Shown here piece after piece: positions 50,852 through 61,334 of a stretch of 64,000 nt of DNA. This DNA is from Candidatus Hydrogenedentota bacterium (GTDB taxonomy: Bacteria > Hydrogenedentota > Hydrogenedentia > Hydrogenedentales > SLHB01), in NCBI GenBank assembly GCA_963745075.1, contig CAVUWV010000008.1, positions 480,001-544,000 on the forward strand. Reading direction: 5' to 3'. Under the pieces are notes generated by a model. It did no database searches. It saw only the letters and a program-made list of their open reading frames with translations, and had not been told where the DNA came from. Made by a program: the position numbers and the translations under genes. Each line of letters begins with the position of its first letter. The stretch's first letter is position 1.

Positions 50852-53155
50852 ATGTACCGTTCGCGCCGGTTACTTTGGGCGCTCACTGCGTGTCTGGCCT
50901 GGGGCTTGCTCTTCCCGTGTTTGTCGCACGGACAAAAGGTCCGCCCCATCTCGATTGCGGATTGGAAGCAGGACGGCTCGGCCGGCAATTCCCCTGCCGC
51001 CGATTCAAAATCCGCTTCAAAAGAGGCACAACCGGCTGCCGACGAGGATGCCGATCGGTCCAACTACCCGGCCGAAGCATTCATGCCGGCGCTCGAAGGT
51101 GATGAGACGAGAAGTGCTCCGGCGGTCGAACAAAGCCCGTTGCCGCCTGTCGAGGAAGTATCGACAGATGACCGGGGCGCGACCGTCGAATCGTCCGATA
51201 TGCAGGTGCGCGACGCGACCAACGCGGAAGCGGCGTCCGGTGATTCGGGCGATGAACCGCCGCCGTCAATTCACGCGTGGGTCGACGATCCGAACGCCGA
51301 GAGTCCCGAAAGTGTGCCCGTAGCCGCGACCGGCGAAGGCGATTCGAATGGCGAAATCAAGGCCGGCCAGATTCGTACACGGGGCGGGGTGATCAATCTT
51401 CAATCTATTTCCCTCGAACGGCTCCACGAGGAAGTGAAAGAGAAACAAACCGGCGAAGAAATGCCGGTGACCTTGCAGGACTGCGTGGCGCTGGCCCTCG
51501 AAGCGAACCAGGATATCAAGGTTTCGGCGTACGAGCCGCTCAAATCCGACGGCGACATTATGTCGGCCAAGGGCGAATTCGATCCGGTCTTGAAGAGCAT
51601 CAATTCGCGATCCCATTCCGAATCCACGGCTTCGTCTCAAACCAACGCCTTCACCGGCGGCGGGTTGGGTGGAGGTGGTAGTAGCTTACTTGGGGGTGGA
51701 TTGGGCGGAGGGAGCCTCTTAAGCGGTCTGGGCGGTCTGGGCGGCTACGGGGGCCTTCTAGGCGGCAATAACAACAATAACAACAACGGCCTCAATGTCG
51801 GCCGGATAATGCTGTCTTTGGCCCTTAACTTGGCAAGCTCGGCCCGGGGGCTTATTCAGAACTTCCTACCCCAGCAAGAGACGTCCTATGTAATCGTAAG
51901 CGACAACTGGCGGTCGGAAACCTCGTTGTCGGGCAAGATCCCCTGGGGGACGCAGTACGAACTCAAGATGGAAGTTTCGGATGAGGAGACAACCTTCAAC
52001 AACTTCGTATCCGAATTCAGCGGCGGCCTGACGTTGACGCTGACCCAGCCGCTGTTGCGCGGGCGGGGTCCGCGGGCGAACCTGGCGCGCATCCGCATCG
52101 CGAAAAACAATCGCGCCGTTGCGGAGAACCAACTCCTGACGCAAGTCATGAACACGCTGTCCGACGTGGTAAAGGCCTATTGGGACCTGGAGGGTGCCAA
52201 TCAGCAGTTAGACGTCCGCGAGAAATCGCTCGACAATGCGGAGCGCTTGCTGGACATCAACCAGCGCCGGTTGGAAATTGGCACGGGCGCCGCATTGGAG
52301 GTCGTGCAGGCCAAGGCCAGCGTGGCGCAACGCCAGGGCGACGTGATTTCCGCCCGGTCGCAGGTGCGGTCCTCGGAAGACCGATTGAAACTGCTGCTGA
52401 ACATGCGGGATGACGAGAATTTCTCCACGGCCCGGTTGCTTCCCACAGACAAGCCCGTGGCCACGGAATTGGACCTGGACGAGACCGAGAGCATCAATCT
52501 GGCGCTCTCGAACCGGCCGGAAATGGACTCCGCCAATCTGGATATCGATAGCGCCGATATCGACCGGCTTCGCGCAGCCAATGAAATGCTGCCGCAGTTA
52601 GACGTCACGGGAAGTGTATTTCAGGGCGCCCGGGGTTCGAAGGCGAGCGACGTGTTTGACGGGGTGTCCAACCGCAACGACAACTCCTGGTCCCTCTCCG
52701 TGACCGGATCCGTCCCGATTCCCAATCGTTCCGGGCGGGGAGCGTACTCCAAGGCGGAGATTACGCAGCAGCAAGCCGAGGAACGATTGCAGAAGACCAT
52801 AGCCGACTTGACGTTAAACGTGCGCACCGCCATCCGGAGCGTGGGCACCACCCGCATTCTCGTCGAGAGCAGCCGTCAGGCGAGGAAGTTGCAGGAAACC
52901 AACGTGAACGCCGAGGAGAAGAAACTCAAACTTGGTGTGACGACCAGCTTCGAGGTTTTGCGGACCCAGGAAGACTTGGCGTCCGCACAGGCGCAAGAGG
53001 TGCAGGCGCTGATCGATTTCGAAAAGGCGAAGGTTGACCTGGAGTTGGCCGAGGGCGTGTTGCTCGATAGCCTCGGGGTCGAATACGAAGTGCCCGAGCC
53101 GCAGAAGACGGTAGGATTTGTTCGCAGTATCGTGCCACCGGCTCCGAAGCACTGA
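50852..53155 (+). CDS. TolC family outer-membrane efflux protein with acidic N-terminal extension and Gly/Asn-rich insert
   Basis: Signal peptide, TLQDCVALALEAN, LTQPLLRG, VVKAYWDL, LSNRPE and LPQLD repeats. Confidence 0.9.
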   Translation: MYRSRRLLWALTACLAWGLLFPCLSHGQKVRPISIADWKQDGSAGNSPAADSKSASKEAQPAADEDADRSNYPAEAFMPALEGDETRSAPAVEQSPLPPVEEVSTDDRGATVESSDMQVRDATNAEAASGDSGDEPPPSIHAWVDDPNAESPESVPVAATGEGDSNGEIKAGQIRTRGGVINLQSISLERLHEEVKEKQTGEEMPVTLQDCVALALEANQDIKVSAYEPLKSDGDIMSAKGEFDPVLKSINSRSHSESTASSQTNAFTGGGLGGGGSSLLGGGLGGGSLLSGLGGLGGYGGLLGGNNNNNNNGLNVGRIMLSLALNLASSARGLIQNFLPQQETSYVIVSDNWRSETSLSGKIPWGTQYELKMEVSDEETTFNNFVSEFSGGLTLTLTQPLLRGRGPRANLARIRIAKNNRAVAENQLLTQVMNTLSDVVKAYWDLEGANQQLDVREKSLDNAERLLDINQRRLEIGTGAALEVVQAKASVAQRQGDVISARSQVRSSEDRLKLLLNMRDDENFSTARLLPTDKPVATELDLDETESINLALSNRPEMDSANLDIDSADIDRLRAANEMLPQLDVTGSVFQGARGSKASDVFDGVSNRNDNSWSLSVTGSVPIPNRSGRGAYSKAEITQQQAEERLQKTIADLTLNVRTAIRSVGTTRILVESSRQARKLQETNVNAEEKKLKLGVTTSFEVLRTQEDLASAQAQEVQALIDFEKAKVDLELAEGVLLDSLGVEYEVPEPQKTVGFVRSIVPPAPKH

Positions 53156-53461
53156 ACGGCATGGCCAGGGTCTTTTTCCCGGAATCGGGTCCACGGTTGC
53201 GAACCCGGATCTGAAAACCAAATCCCCCTGACAGAAGTCTAAACGGCAACGACGCGTGCGTCCCGCGATTCCTGCGTTCGGAGTAACCGCACGAGGTTTT
53301 GTGTTTCTCGCGTGTAACTATAGGTTAATTCAGGAGTTGTAAATGCGTTCCCGCCCAATTGAGTATCGCGCCGATAGGGCCAAGTGTCCCACTGCGCGGC
53401 GCAGCGTTGCCCTACACGCGCTCCCGCATTCGCAACCGGGCATGTGCTAGAATCTCCGCTT

Positions 53462-54175
53462 ATGACTACCGCGATAGACACGGAAGACATTATCGTCATT
53501 GAGGATCTGACGAAGCACTACGTCATGGGTGAAACGGTGGTGAAAGCCCTGCGGGGCGTCACCCTGACGATTGGGCGTGGGTCGTTTGTCGCCGTGATGG
53601 GACCATCCGGTTCGGGGAAGACGACGCTGATGGACATCCTCGGATGTCTTTCCCGTCCGACCTCGGGTGTGTATAAATTGCACGGTACGTCCGTCTCCAC
53701 ATTGACCGAGTCGCGGTTGGCGCAGTTGCGCAATCATGAAATCGGTTTTGTGTTTCAGAACTTCAATCTGCTGTCGCGGACAACGGCCCTCGCGAATGTC
53801 GAGCTGCCCTTGCTCTACGACGCCATTCCCAAGAAGGAGCGGACGAAGCGGGCCAAAGAAGTGCTCGAGTCGGTGGATTTGGGGGACCGCATCTATCACA
53901 AACCCAACGAACTCTCCGGGGGGCAGCGGCAGCGGGTTGCGATCGCGCGGGCCCTGGTGAACCGCCCCTCGATTCTGTTTGCCGACGAGCCCACCGGCAA
54001 CCTCGATTCGACGAGCGGGGCGAGCATATTAACCTTGTTCGATTCCTTGCACGCACAAGGCAATACGATAGTGATGGTGACTCATGAGCGCGAAGTCGCC
54101 GAACACGCGGAACGCATCATGAGCTTTCGCGATGGAAAGTTGGTGAAGGACGAATGGCGAAGCAACGACGTTTAG
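53462..54175 (+). CDS. ABC transporter ATP-binding protein (MacB/LolD-like)
   Basis: [33 protein letters not shown] and VTHE. Confidence 0.95.
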   Translation: MTTAIDTEDIIVIEDLTKHYVMGETVVKALRGVTLTIGRGSFVAVMGPSGSGKTTLMDILGCLSRPTSGVYKLHGTSVSTLTESRLAQLRNHEIGFVFQNFNLLSRTTALANVELPLLYDAIPKKERTKRAKEVLESVDLGDRIYHKPNELSGGQRQRVAIARALVNRPSILFADEPTGNLDSTSGASILTLFDSLHAQGNTIVMVTHEREVAEHAERIMSFRDGKLVKDEWRSNDV

Positions 54176-55398
54176 GGCCCCAGATACTCGGCTGGTTGAT
54201 CCTCCTTGCGATCCTGGCCGCGCCGGTTGTGTACATGCTCACCCGGGAGGACGTGATCGACGTGACGGCAACGACGATCGAACGGGGACACGTGGAAGAA
54301 ACCGTAACCGCGATTTCATCCGGTACTGTGAAGCCTTCCCTGGACTCCATGGTTGCCACCGGATCGCTCGGCACCGTCGTGAGCGTGCCCTTCGATGAGG
54401 GGGCCCGCGTCGAAAAAGGTGCCGTGATCGTCGAGTTGGACCACGACGAACTGGACGCCCAGGTGAAGTTGGCCGAGGCCAATCTCAAGGCCGGGCAATT
54501 TGGGGTGACGCAGGCGGAATTGGGCAAGAGCATCGGCGCGGAGGTTGCCGAAACCCGCGTGGCCCAGACCGCGGCCCAGCTCGAGCAGGCCAAAAAAGAC
54601 TTCGAGAGCATGAAAGCTCTTTCCGACCAAAATGCGATTCGGCAGAACGATCTCGACAAGGCCGCGCTCGCATTGAAGGTGGCCCAAGAGAGTTGGGCTG
54701 CCGCGAAAGCCAGCCAGCGTGAAAACCTCGTTCACGAGCAGGAAGTCAGCATGGCCAAAGCCAAGATCGAACAATTGCAGGCGGCCGTGGAGGTTGCCAA
54801 GGCGGCCCGCGATAACGCCTATGTAAAGGCGCCGTTTTCCGGTGTCATTGCAAAGGTCTTCAGCGATGCGGGTGAGGCGGTCTCGATGGGGATGCCCCTG
54901 GTCCAATTGGTCGACCCGTCCAAGTGCTACGTGGAGGCCCCCTTCGACGAGGCCAACGCCTCCGAAATCACGCTCGGCCAGAAGGCCCGCATTAATTTGG
55001 ACGCGTATCGGAGCGAGGATTTCACGGGGGTCGTCGAATATATCTCCCCGGTCGTATCCATCAACCCGGATCTCAGCCGTACGCTCAACGTCCGCATCCG
55101 CGTAAAGGAAGGGACGGACAAGTTTCTCGCGGGAATGTCGGCGGACGTGATCCTTCTCGTGAAAGAAAAGGAAGATGTCGTCTACGTGCCGACAGAAGAT
55201 CTGATTCGCGAAGAATATGTCTATGTGATTCAGGACGGCCGCGCCGTGCGCCGGGAAGTCAAGACCGGGATCGGGAACTGGGAACGGACCGAAATCGCGA
55301 GCGGCTTGGAGCCGGGCGAACAGATTGTCACGTCAATTTCGCTGACCGCGCTGGATGACGGCGTCCCCGTCAATGTAGTGGACAGCCTGGAGGAATAA
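54154..55398 (+). CDS. Periplasmic adaptor (membrane fusion protein, MacA-like)
   Basis: N-terminal TM helix, lipoyl-like halves around a coiled coil, [14 protein letters not shown] and GLEPGE. Confidence 0.92.
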   Translation: MAKQRRLGPQILGWLILLAILAAPVVYMLTREDVIDVTATTIERGHVEETVTAISSGTVKPSLDSMVATGSLGTVVSVPFDEGARVEKGAVIVELDHDELDAQVKLAEANLKAGQFGVTQAELGKSIGAEVAETRVAQTAAQLEQAKKDFESMKALSDQNAIRQNDLDKAALALKVAQESWAAAKASQRENLVHEQEVSMAKAKIEQLQAAVEVAKAARDNAYVKAPFSGVIAKVFSDAGEAVSMGMPLVQLVDPSKCYVEAPFDEANASEITLGQKARINLDAYRSEDFTGVVEYISPVVSINPDLSRTLNVRIRVKEGTDKFLAGMSADVILLVKEKEDVVYVPTEDLIREEYVYVIQDGRAVRREVKTGIGNWERTEIASGLEPGEQIVTSISLTALDDGVPVNVVDSLEE

Positions 55399-56609
55399 TG
55401 GGCCCCTTTGACTACCTGCGAATCGCGTTGGATTCGCTGGCTCAGAGCAAGGTGCGATCGCTGCTGACCATGCTCGGGGTGATCATCGGGGTGATGTCGG
55501 TAATCCTCCTGATCTCGCTGGGGGAAGGCGCGCAAGCGTACGTCGCGAAGGAATTCGCGGGTATGGGGAGTAACATCCTCATCATTACGCCGGGCAAACA
55601 AGAAACCTCCGGCATGATGCCATTGGTGGCGGGCAGTTTCCGGAATCTCACCTTTGAAAACGCCAAGGAAATCGAACGGAAAGCCCAAGGCGCGAAGGCC
55701 GTGTCGCCGGTCGTGCTGGGCGCCGGTGCGGTGAAGTACGGCGACCGGCGCCGCAACACGATGATCTTGGCGGTTACCCCCGCGTTTGAAGTCGTGCGGA
55801 ACCTGCACGCGCAAATCGGCCGGTTCATCAGCGAGCAGGACATCGATAAGAATGCCAAGGTCTGCGTGATCGGCACGCAGGTGAAAGACGAATTGTTCGG
55901 AAACGACAACCCCATCAACCAATCCGTTTCCATCAATCGCACGAAGCACACCGTCGTCGGGATTCTCGAACACAAGGGCGTGACTCTCGGAATCAACGTC
56001 GACGATTTGGTGATCGTTCCATTGCCGAGCGGACAGCAGATGTTCTACGGCGGCGAAGACAAGCTGTTCCAGATCGTGGTGCGCGCGAACAGCCCCGAGG
56101 ACGTGGCCCTGGCCACGGAGTCGATCCGGGAAATTCTCACCGCCGCCCACGACTACACGGAAGACTTCACGATTACCGATCAAACGTCGATCCTCTCCAC
56201 GCTGGACAATATATTCACAGCCATGAAGGTCATGTTGGCGGGTATCGCAGGCATTTCGTTGCTCGTCGGCGGCATCGGCATTATGAACATCATGTTGGTC
56301 ACGGTACGTGAACGCACCCGCGAGGTGGGCATTCGCAAGGCCGTCGGGGCCACGCGCCACGATATCGGCATGCAGTTCGCCATCGAATCGGTGACGTTGA
56401 GTTCGATCGGAGGTTCCATCGGTATTCTTTTGGGCTACCTCGGGACATTCACGATTCGCCAAATCTATCCGCCGCTGCCCGTCTATACGTCGGGGTGGGC
56501 AATCCTTCTCGCGTTTTTCTTCAGCATGGCGGTGGGGGTCTTCTTCGGCGCGTACCCGGCGGTCAAGGCGTCCAGCGTGGATCCCGTGGAAGCGCTTCGC
56601 TACGAATGA
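55398..56609 (+). CDS. ABC transporter permease (MacB/FtsX family)
   Basis: RSLLTMLGVIIGV, GGIGIMNIMLVTVRERTREVGIRKAVGA and DPVEALRYE. Confidence 0.95.
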   Translation: MGPFDYLRIALDSLAQSKVRSLLTMLGVIIGVMSVILLISLGEGAQAYVAKEFAGMGSNILIITPGKQETSGMMPLVAGSFRNLTFENAKEIERKAQGAKAVSPVVLGAGAVKYGDRRRNTMILAVTPAFEVVRNLHAQIGRFISEQDIDKNAKVCVIGTQVKDELFGNDNPINQSVSINRTKHTVVGILEHKGVTLGINVDDLVIVPLPSGQQMFYGGEDKLFQIVVRANSPEDVALATESIREILTAAHDYTEDFTITDQTSILSTLDNIFTAMKVMLAGIAGISLLVGGIGIMNIMLVTVRERTREVGIRKAVGATRHDIGMQFAIESVTLSSIGGSIGILLGYLGTFTIRQIYPPLPVYTSGWAILLAFFFSMAVGVFFGAYPAVKASSVDPVEALRYE

Positions 56610-56730
56610 TACCGCGGCCTTCGCGCCGGTCTTGACAATCGAACAGCGCCACGGTATCCATAGTATGCAGTTGGCAGGGTGTCCTGGGTTATCGTTGGCC
56701 GCAACCGGTGGTTTGAGGGAGTGCTGTCCC

Positions 56731-58302
56731 ATGTTCAATCTAGCTGCAATACTCGAAAACAGCGCGCGCGAGTACCCTGACAAAGAGGCCATCACGTTCA
56801 ACCACTTCCGTTTGAGTTTCAAACTGGTGGACGATCTGGCTAATCAGGTGGCGAACGGGCTGCGGGCCGCTGGTATTCGCAAAGGGGACAAAGTTGCGTT
56901 CCTGTGCCCGAACCTCCCATATTTCCCCATCGTCTACTTCGGCATCTTAAAGGCCGGGGCCATCTTCGTGCCGCTGAACGTGTTGCTTCGCGAGCGGGAA
57001 ATCGCCTATCACCTCGCCGACTCCGACAGCGTCGCCTTTATCTGTTTCGAGGGAACCGAGACGCTCCCCATGGGACAAATCGGGCACCGGGGCTTCAAGG
57101 AGGCGGAAACATGCGACCGCTTCTGGATCATCCCCACCGTTCCCGGTGGAGACTCGCCCATCGAGGGCGTGCCCACGCTGTCCGATCTCATGCACGACCA
57201 GCCCACAACCTTTGAAACGGTGCAATGCCGCGCCGACGACACCTGCATCATCATCTACACCTCCGGGACGACCGGTCATCCCAAGGGCGCGGAACTGACG
57301 CATTCGAATATCCTGATGAACTGCATGTCCACACGAAAACTGATTGAAGGCGGTCCGGAAGACACTGCTTTGGCGGTGCTGCCCCTGTTCCACTCCTTCG
57401 GGCTTACCGGCATTCTCAATGCCGCCGTGCTCAACGGCAGCCGGCTGGTGTTGGTGCCGCGATTCGAACCTGCCGAAGTGTTGCGGGCGTTCCAGGACGA
57501 GGGCGTCACCTTGTTTGCGGGCGTTCCGACCATGTACTGGGAGCTGCTGCATTATCCCGAGGCGGACCAGTTCGATCTGGAAAAGATCGCTTCCACCTGG
57601 CGGCTGGGAGTGTCCGGCGGCGCCGCCATGCCGGTCGACCTCATGTTGGAGTTCCAGGAGAAGTTCCGCATCCGTATCCTGGAGGGCTACGGTCTTTCGG
57701 AAACGTCGCCGGCGGCCTCGTTCAGCCGCGAAGACATGCCGCAAAAGATCGGATCCATCGGCGTGCCCATTTGGGGCGTGGAAATGAAAGTCGTCGACAA
57801 CGACATGAACGAAGTGCCCCGCGGCGAGTCGGGCGAGATCGTTATTCGCGGGCACAACGTCATGAAGGGGTATTACAAACAGGACGAGGCCAACGAAGAA
57901 GCCTTTCGCGGCGGCTGGTTTCATACCGGGGATATCGGATATCAGGATGACGACGGGTATTTCTTCATCGTCGATCGCATCAAAGACATGATCATTCGCG
58001 GCGGATTCAATGTGTATCCGCGCGAAGTGGAAGAGGCGCTCATGATGCATCCGGATATTACGCTGGCCGCGGTCATCGGCGTGCCCCACGAGGAGTACGG
58101 CGAGGAAATCAAGGCCTTTGTTATTCCCAGACCGGGGGCGACCCTCACGCCCGATGCCATTGTCGCCTTTGGCAAGAAGGAGATCGCCGGTTATAAGTAT
58201 CCGCGCATCGTCGAGCTGTGCGAGAAACTTCCCATCGGCCCGACCGGCAAGGTGCTGAAGAAGGAATTGCGAGACCAGGCAATAGCAGATGCAAAAGCGT
58301 GA
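56731..58302 (+). CDS. Long-chain fatty acid--CoA ligase, copy 1
   Basis: YTSGTTGHPKG, EGYGLSETSP, GWFHTGD, DRIKDMIIRGG and PTGKVLK. Confidence 0.93.
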   Translation: MFNLAAILENSAREYPDKEAITFNHFRLSFKLVDDLANQVANGLRAAGIRKGDKVAFLCPNLPYFPIVYFGILKAGAIFVPLNVLLREREIAYHLADSDSVAFICFEGTETLPMGQIGHRGFKEAETCDRFWIIPTVPGGDSPIEGVPTLSDLMHDQPTTFETVQCRADDTCIIIYTSGTTGHPKGAELTHSNILMNCMSTRKLIEGGPEDTALAVLPLFHSFGLTGILNAAVLNGSRLVLVPRFEPAEVLRAFQDEGVTLFAGVPTMYWELLHYPEADQFDLEKIASTWRLGVSGGAAMPVDLMLEFQEKFRIRILEGYGLSETSPAASFSREDMPQKIGSIGVPIWGVEMKVVDNDMNEVPRGESGEIVIRGHNVMKGYYKQDEANEEAFRGGWFHTGDIGYQDDDGYFFIVDRIKDMIIRGGFNVYPREVEEALMMHPDITLAAVIGVPHEEYGEEIKAFVIPRPGATLTPDAIVAFGKKEIAGYKYPRIVELCEKLPIGPTGKVLKKELRDQAIADAKA

Positions 58303-58371
58303 CCGGTAAAAGGGGGACGTCCGCATTTCGACGAGTGCGGTGCAGCGGATAGGAAGGAGATTCAGAATCAC

Positions 58372-59946
58372 ATGCTGAATGTGGCCACACTTTTGGAGAA
58401 CAGCGCCCGAGAGCTGCCGGACAAGACCGCCGTCGTCTTCGGGGGTCATATTCGATTGACGTACAAACAGATCAACGAGATGGCCAATCAAGTCGCCAAC
58501 GGCTTGAAAGCGGCAGGGGTGAGAAGAGGAGACAAGGTCGCGGTCACATGCCCCAATCTTCCTTATTTCCCCATCCTGACCTACGGGATCATGAAGGCGG
58601 GCGCCGCGCTGGTTCCGCTGAACGTCTTGCTCAAGCGGCGTGAGATTGCCTACCACCTGTCCGACTCGGAAGCGGTGGGATACATCTGCTTCGAGGGCAC
58701 GGACGAACTTCCCGTAGCGCGAGAAGGCCTGGCCGGTTTCAAGGATGTCGATTCCTGCGAGCACTTCTGGATCATTCCCACGATTCCCGGCGCCGATTCG
58801 CCCCTTGAAGGCGTGCCGACACTAACCGACTTGATGCACAATCAACCTCACACCTTCGACAGCGCGCCCACGCGGCCGGACGACACCTGTGTCATCATCT
58901 ACACGTCGGGCACGACCGGCCGGCCCAAGGGCGCCGAACTGACCCATTCGAACATCACGCTCAACGCTATGGTTACCCGGGATATGTGCGATTCAACGCC
59001 GGACGAGGTCATGCTGGTGGTTTTGCCGTTGTTCCACTCGTTCGGGTTCACCTGTCTCATGCAGACGGGGATACTTGCGGGAGCGACCTTGGTGTTGCTG
59101 CCCCGGTTTGACCCGGCGGCCGTGTTTGCTGCGTTGCAAGATGAGCAGGTCACGCTGTTTGCCGGGGTTCCCACCATGTACTGGGACATTCTCAACCACC
59201 CGCAGGCGGGAAAATACGATCTGGAGAAGATCGCGAAGACGCTTCGCTTGTGTACGTCAGGCGGCGCGGCCATGCCCGTCAACGTCATGAAACGATTTGA
59301 AGAGAAGTTTCACGTGCCGATCCTGGAAGGCTACGGACTGTCCGAAACCTCCCCGGTTGCGAGCTTCAACCAATTGCACAAACCGCGCAAACCCGGCTCC
59401 ATCGGCTTCCCCGTCTGGGGCGTGGAGATGATGGTCGCCGATCACGACATGAACGAATTGCCGGTCGGCGAAACCGGTGAAATCGTCATCCGCGGGCACA
59501 ACATTATGAAGGGCTATTACAAGCGCGATGAGGCCAATGACGAAGCATTCCGCGGCGGATGGTTCCACAGCGGCGATCTCGGGTACAAGGACGAAGACGG
59601 GTACTTCTATATCGTGGACCGATCTAAAGACATGATTATCCGGGGCGGGTTCAACGTCTATCCGCGGGAAGTGGAGGAGACGTTGATGACGCATCCGGAC
59701 ATATCACTCGCCGCGGTGATCGGCGTCCCCCATGATGAATATGGCGAAGAGATCATGGCCTACGTCATTCCCGAACTTGGATCTACCGTCACCGCGGAAG
59801 TTATCATTGCGTGGAGCAAGGACGAGATGGCGCGCTATAAATACCCGCGACACGTCGAAATTGTGAAAACGCTGCCCATGGGGCCGACGGGGAAGATTCT
59901 CAAGACGGAACTCCGGAAAATGGCCACGGAGCGGACCGCGAAATAG
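58372..59946 (+). CDS. Long-chain fatty acid--CoA ligase, copy 2
   Basis: YTSGTTGRPKG, EGYGLSETSP, GWFHSGD and PTGKILK; colinear paralog of copy 1. Confidence 0.93.
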   Translation: MLNVATLLENSARELPDKTAVVFGGHIRLTYKQINEMANQVANGLKAAGVRRGDKVAVTCPNLPYFPILTYGIMKAGAALVPLNVLLKRREIAYHLSDSEAVGYICFEGTDELPVAREGLAGFKDVDSCEHFWIIPTIPGADSPLEGVPTLTDLMHNQPHTFDSAPTRPDDTCVIIYTSGTTGRPKGAELTHSNITLNAMVTRDMCDSTPDEVMLVVLPLFHSFGFTCLMQTGILAGATLVLLPRFDPAAVFAALQDEQVTLFAGVPTMYWDILNHPQAGKYDLEKIAKTLRLCTSGGAAMPVNVMKRFEEKFHVPILEGYGLSETSPVASFNQLHKPRKPGSIGFPVWGVEMMVADHDMNELPVGETGEIVIRGHNIMKGYYKRDEANDEAFRGGWFHSGDLGYKDEDGYFYIVDRSKDMIIRGGFNVYPREVEETLMTHPDISLAAVIGVPHDEYGEEIMAYVIPELGSTVTAEVIIAWSKDEMARYKYPRHVEIVKTLPMGPTGKILKTELRKMATERTAK

Positions 59947-59971
59947 CCATCGTTTTGGGGGAACTGACACT

Positions 59972-61222
59972 ATGGCATTGCAGAAACCTTCCTACCGGGA
60001 ACGAATGACCTGGTTCCACGACGCTCGATTCGGGATGTTCATCCACTGGGGGCTCTACTCGATCCTGGGTCGCGGGGAATGGGCGATGCTCGAGGAGCGC
60101 ATTCCCACGTCCGAGTACGCCAAGCTCGCCGGCCGGTTCAATCCAAAGAAGTTCGACGCGTTCGCATGGGCTGAACTCGCCGTTCAAGCGGGTATGAAAT
60201 ACGCCGTACTGACAACCCGGCATCACGACGGGTTTTGCCTGTTCGACAGTGAAGTGTCGAATTTTACGTCCGTGAAGACCGCCGCGAAACGCGATTTCGT
60301 GGCGGAGTATGTCGACGCGTTTCGCCGGGCGGGTCTGAAAGTCGGTTTCTATTACTCGTTGCTGGACTGGCGCTATTCCGGGTATTGGGACACCCGGAAG
60401 TACCGGGAGAGTGCCGAGGCCATGGTCGAACAGTACCACGCCCAGGTGCGGGAGCTGATGAGCAACTATGGCGCGATCGACGTGCTCTGGTACGACGGAC
60501 ATTGGATCGACGGCGTGAAAAACCTGGCCCGTTTCTGGCGCGCTCGCGAGATCAACGAATGGGTCCGCAAGAAGCAGCCGCACATTCTCATCAACAATCG
60601 ATCCGGCACGAACGAAGATCTGGATACGCCCGAACAGCACGTGACGGCGTCGAAACCGGGGCGCGGTTGGGAATCCTGCATGACCATCGGCGACCCGGTC
60701 GGCTGGGGCTACATCCGCAACAATCCGAACATGAAGACGGAGACCCAGTTGTTGCAGCATCTCGTGACCGCCGCGGCGGGTGAAGGGAACTTCCTGCTCA
60801 ATGTCGGGCCCAAACCAGACGGGACCGTTCGCAAACGTGAGCGTCAGCGGCTGAAGGCGTTGGGCAAGTGGCTGCGGATCAATGGGCAGGCGATCTACGG
60901 CTCCCAGCGATGCGCGCTGAAGAACGGCATGATTGGCCTCTGGACGGCGCAAGGCAGAACGGCCTATCTCCATATCTTTCGTTGGCCGGGGCGCGAGGCG
61001 GTCATCCCGCTGGTGGGATCGAAGGTGAAGTCGGCGACACTTCTCGCGACGGGACAGTCGGTCGAAGTGCGCACTGAATACAACGGCAGGCTGGTGCTGG
61101 CCGGGCTGCCCAAAAAACCGCCGCACCCATCCGTCTCGGTGGTTAAGGTCGAGTTTGCCACAAAGCCCAAGTGCTTGCAGGAACGCGACGCCGCCGCGTG
61201 GCTTGAAGGCGATGCGGGGTAG
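59972..61222 (+). CDS. Alpha-L-fucosidase (GH29)
   Basis: WFHDARFGMFIHWG, TTRHHDGF, LWYDG, WESCMT and LLNVGP. Confidence 0.93.
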   Translation: MALQKPSYRERMTWFHDARFGMFIHWGLYSILGRGEWAMLEERIPTSEYAKLAGRFNPKKFDAFAWAELAVQAGMKYAVLTTRHHDGFCLFDSEVSNFTSVKTAAKRDFVAEYVDAFRRAGLKVGFYYSLLDWRYSGYWDTRKYRESAEAMVEQYHAQVRELMSNYGAIDVLWYDGHWIDGVKNLARFWRAREINEWVRKKQPHILINNRSGTNEDLDTPEQHVTASKPGRGWESCMTIGDPVGWGYIRNNPNMKTETQLLQHLVTAAAGEGNFLLNVGPKPDGTVRKRERQRLKALGKWLRINGQAIYGSQRCALKNGMIGLWTAQGRTAYLHIFRWPGREAVIPLVGSKVKSATLLATGQSVEVRTEYNGRLVLAGLPKKPPHPSVSVVKVEFATKPKCLQERDAAAWLEGDAG

Positions 61223-61280
61223 CGGGACACCCTGCGGAACGTTTGTATTTCGCTGACGCGGGCGCAGAACCAGTCGATGG

Positions 61281-61325
61281 AATATAAAAAGGGCCGTCAC
61301 CGAAACTGGTTCGGTGACGGCCCTT
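61281..61325 (-). terminator. Intrinsic terminator between convergent genes
   Basis: Perfect 16-bp stem aagggccgtcaccgaa / ttcggtgacggccctt with a 5-nt loop; U-tract on the minus strand. Confidence 0.85.
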
Positions 61326-61334
61326 CTCGCTCGT

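Noticed and set aside
56632..56730. TTG-started extension of acyl-CoA ligase copy 1
   Set aside because: Alignment with copy 2 (MLNVATLLENSARE vs MFNLAAILENSARE) puts the start at 56731. The TTGACA here may be a -35 box, but the -10 is poor.
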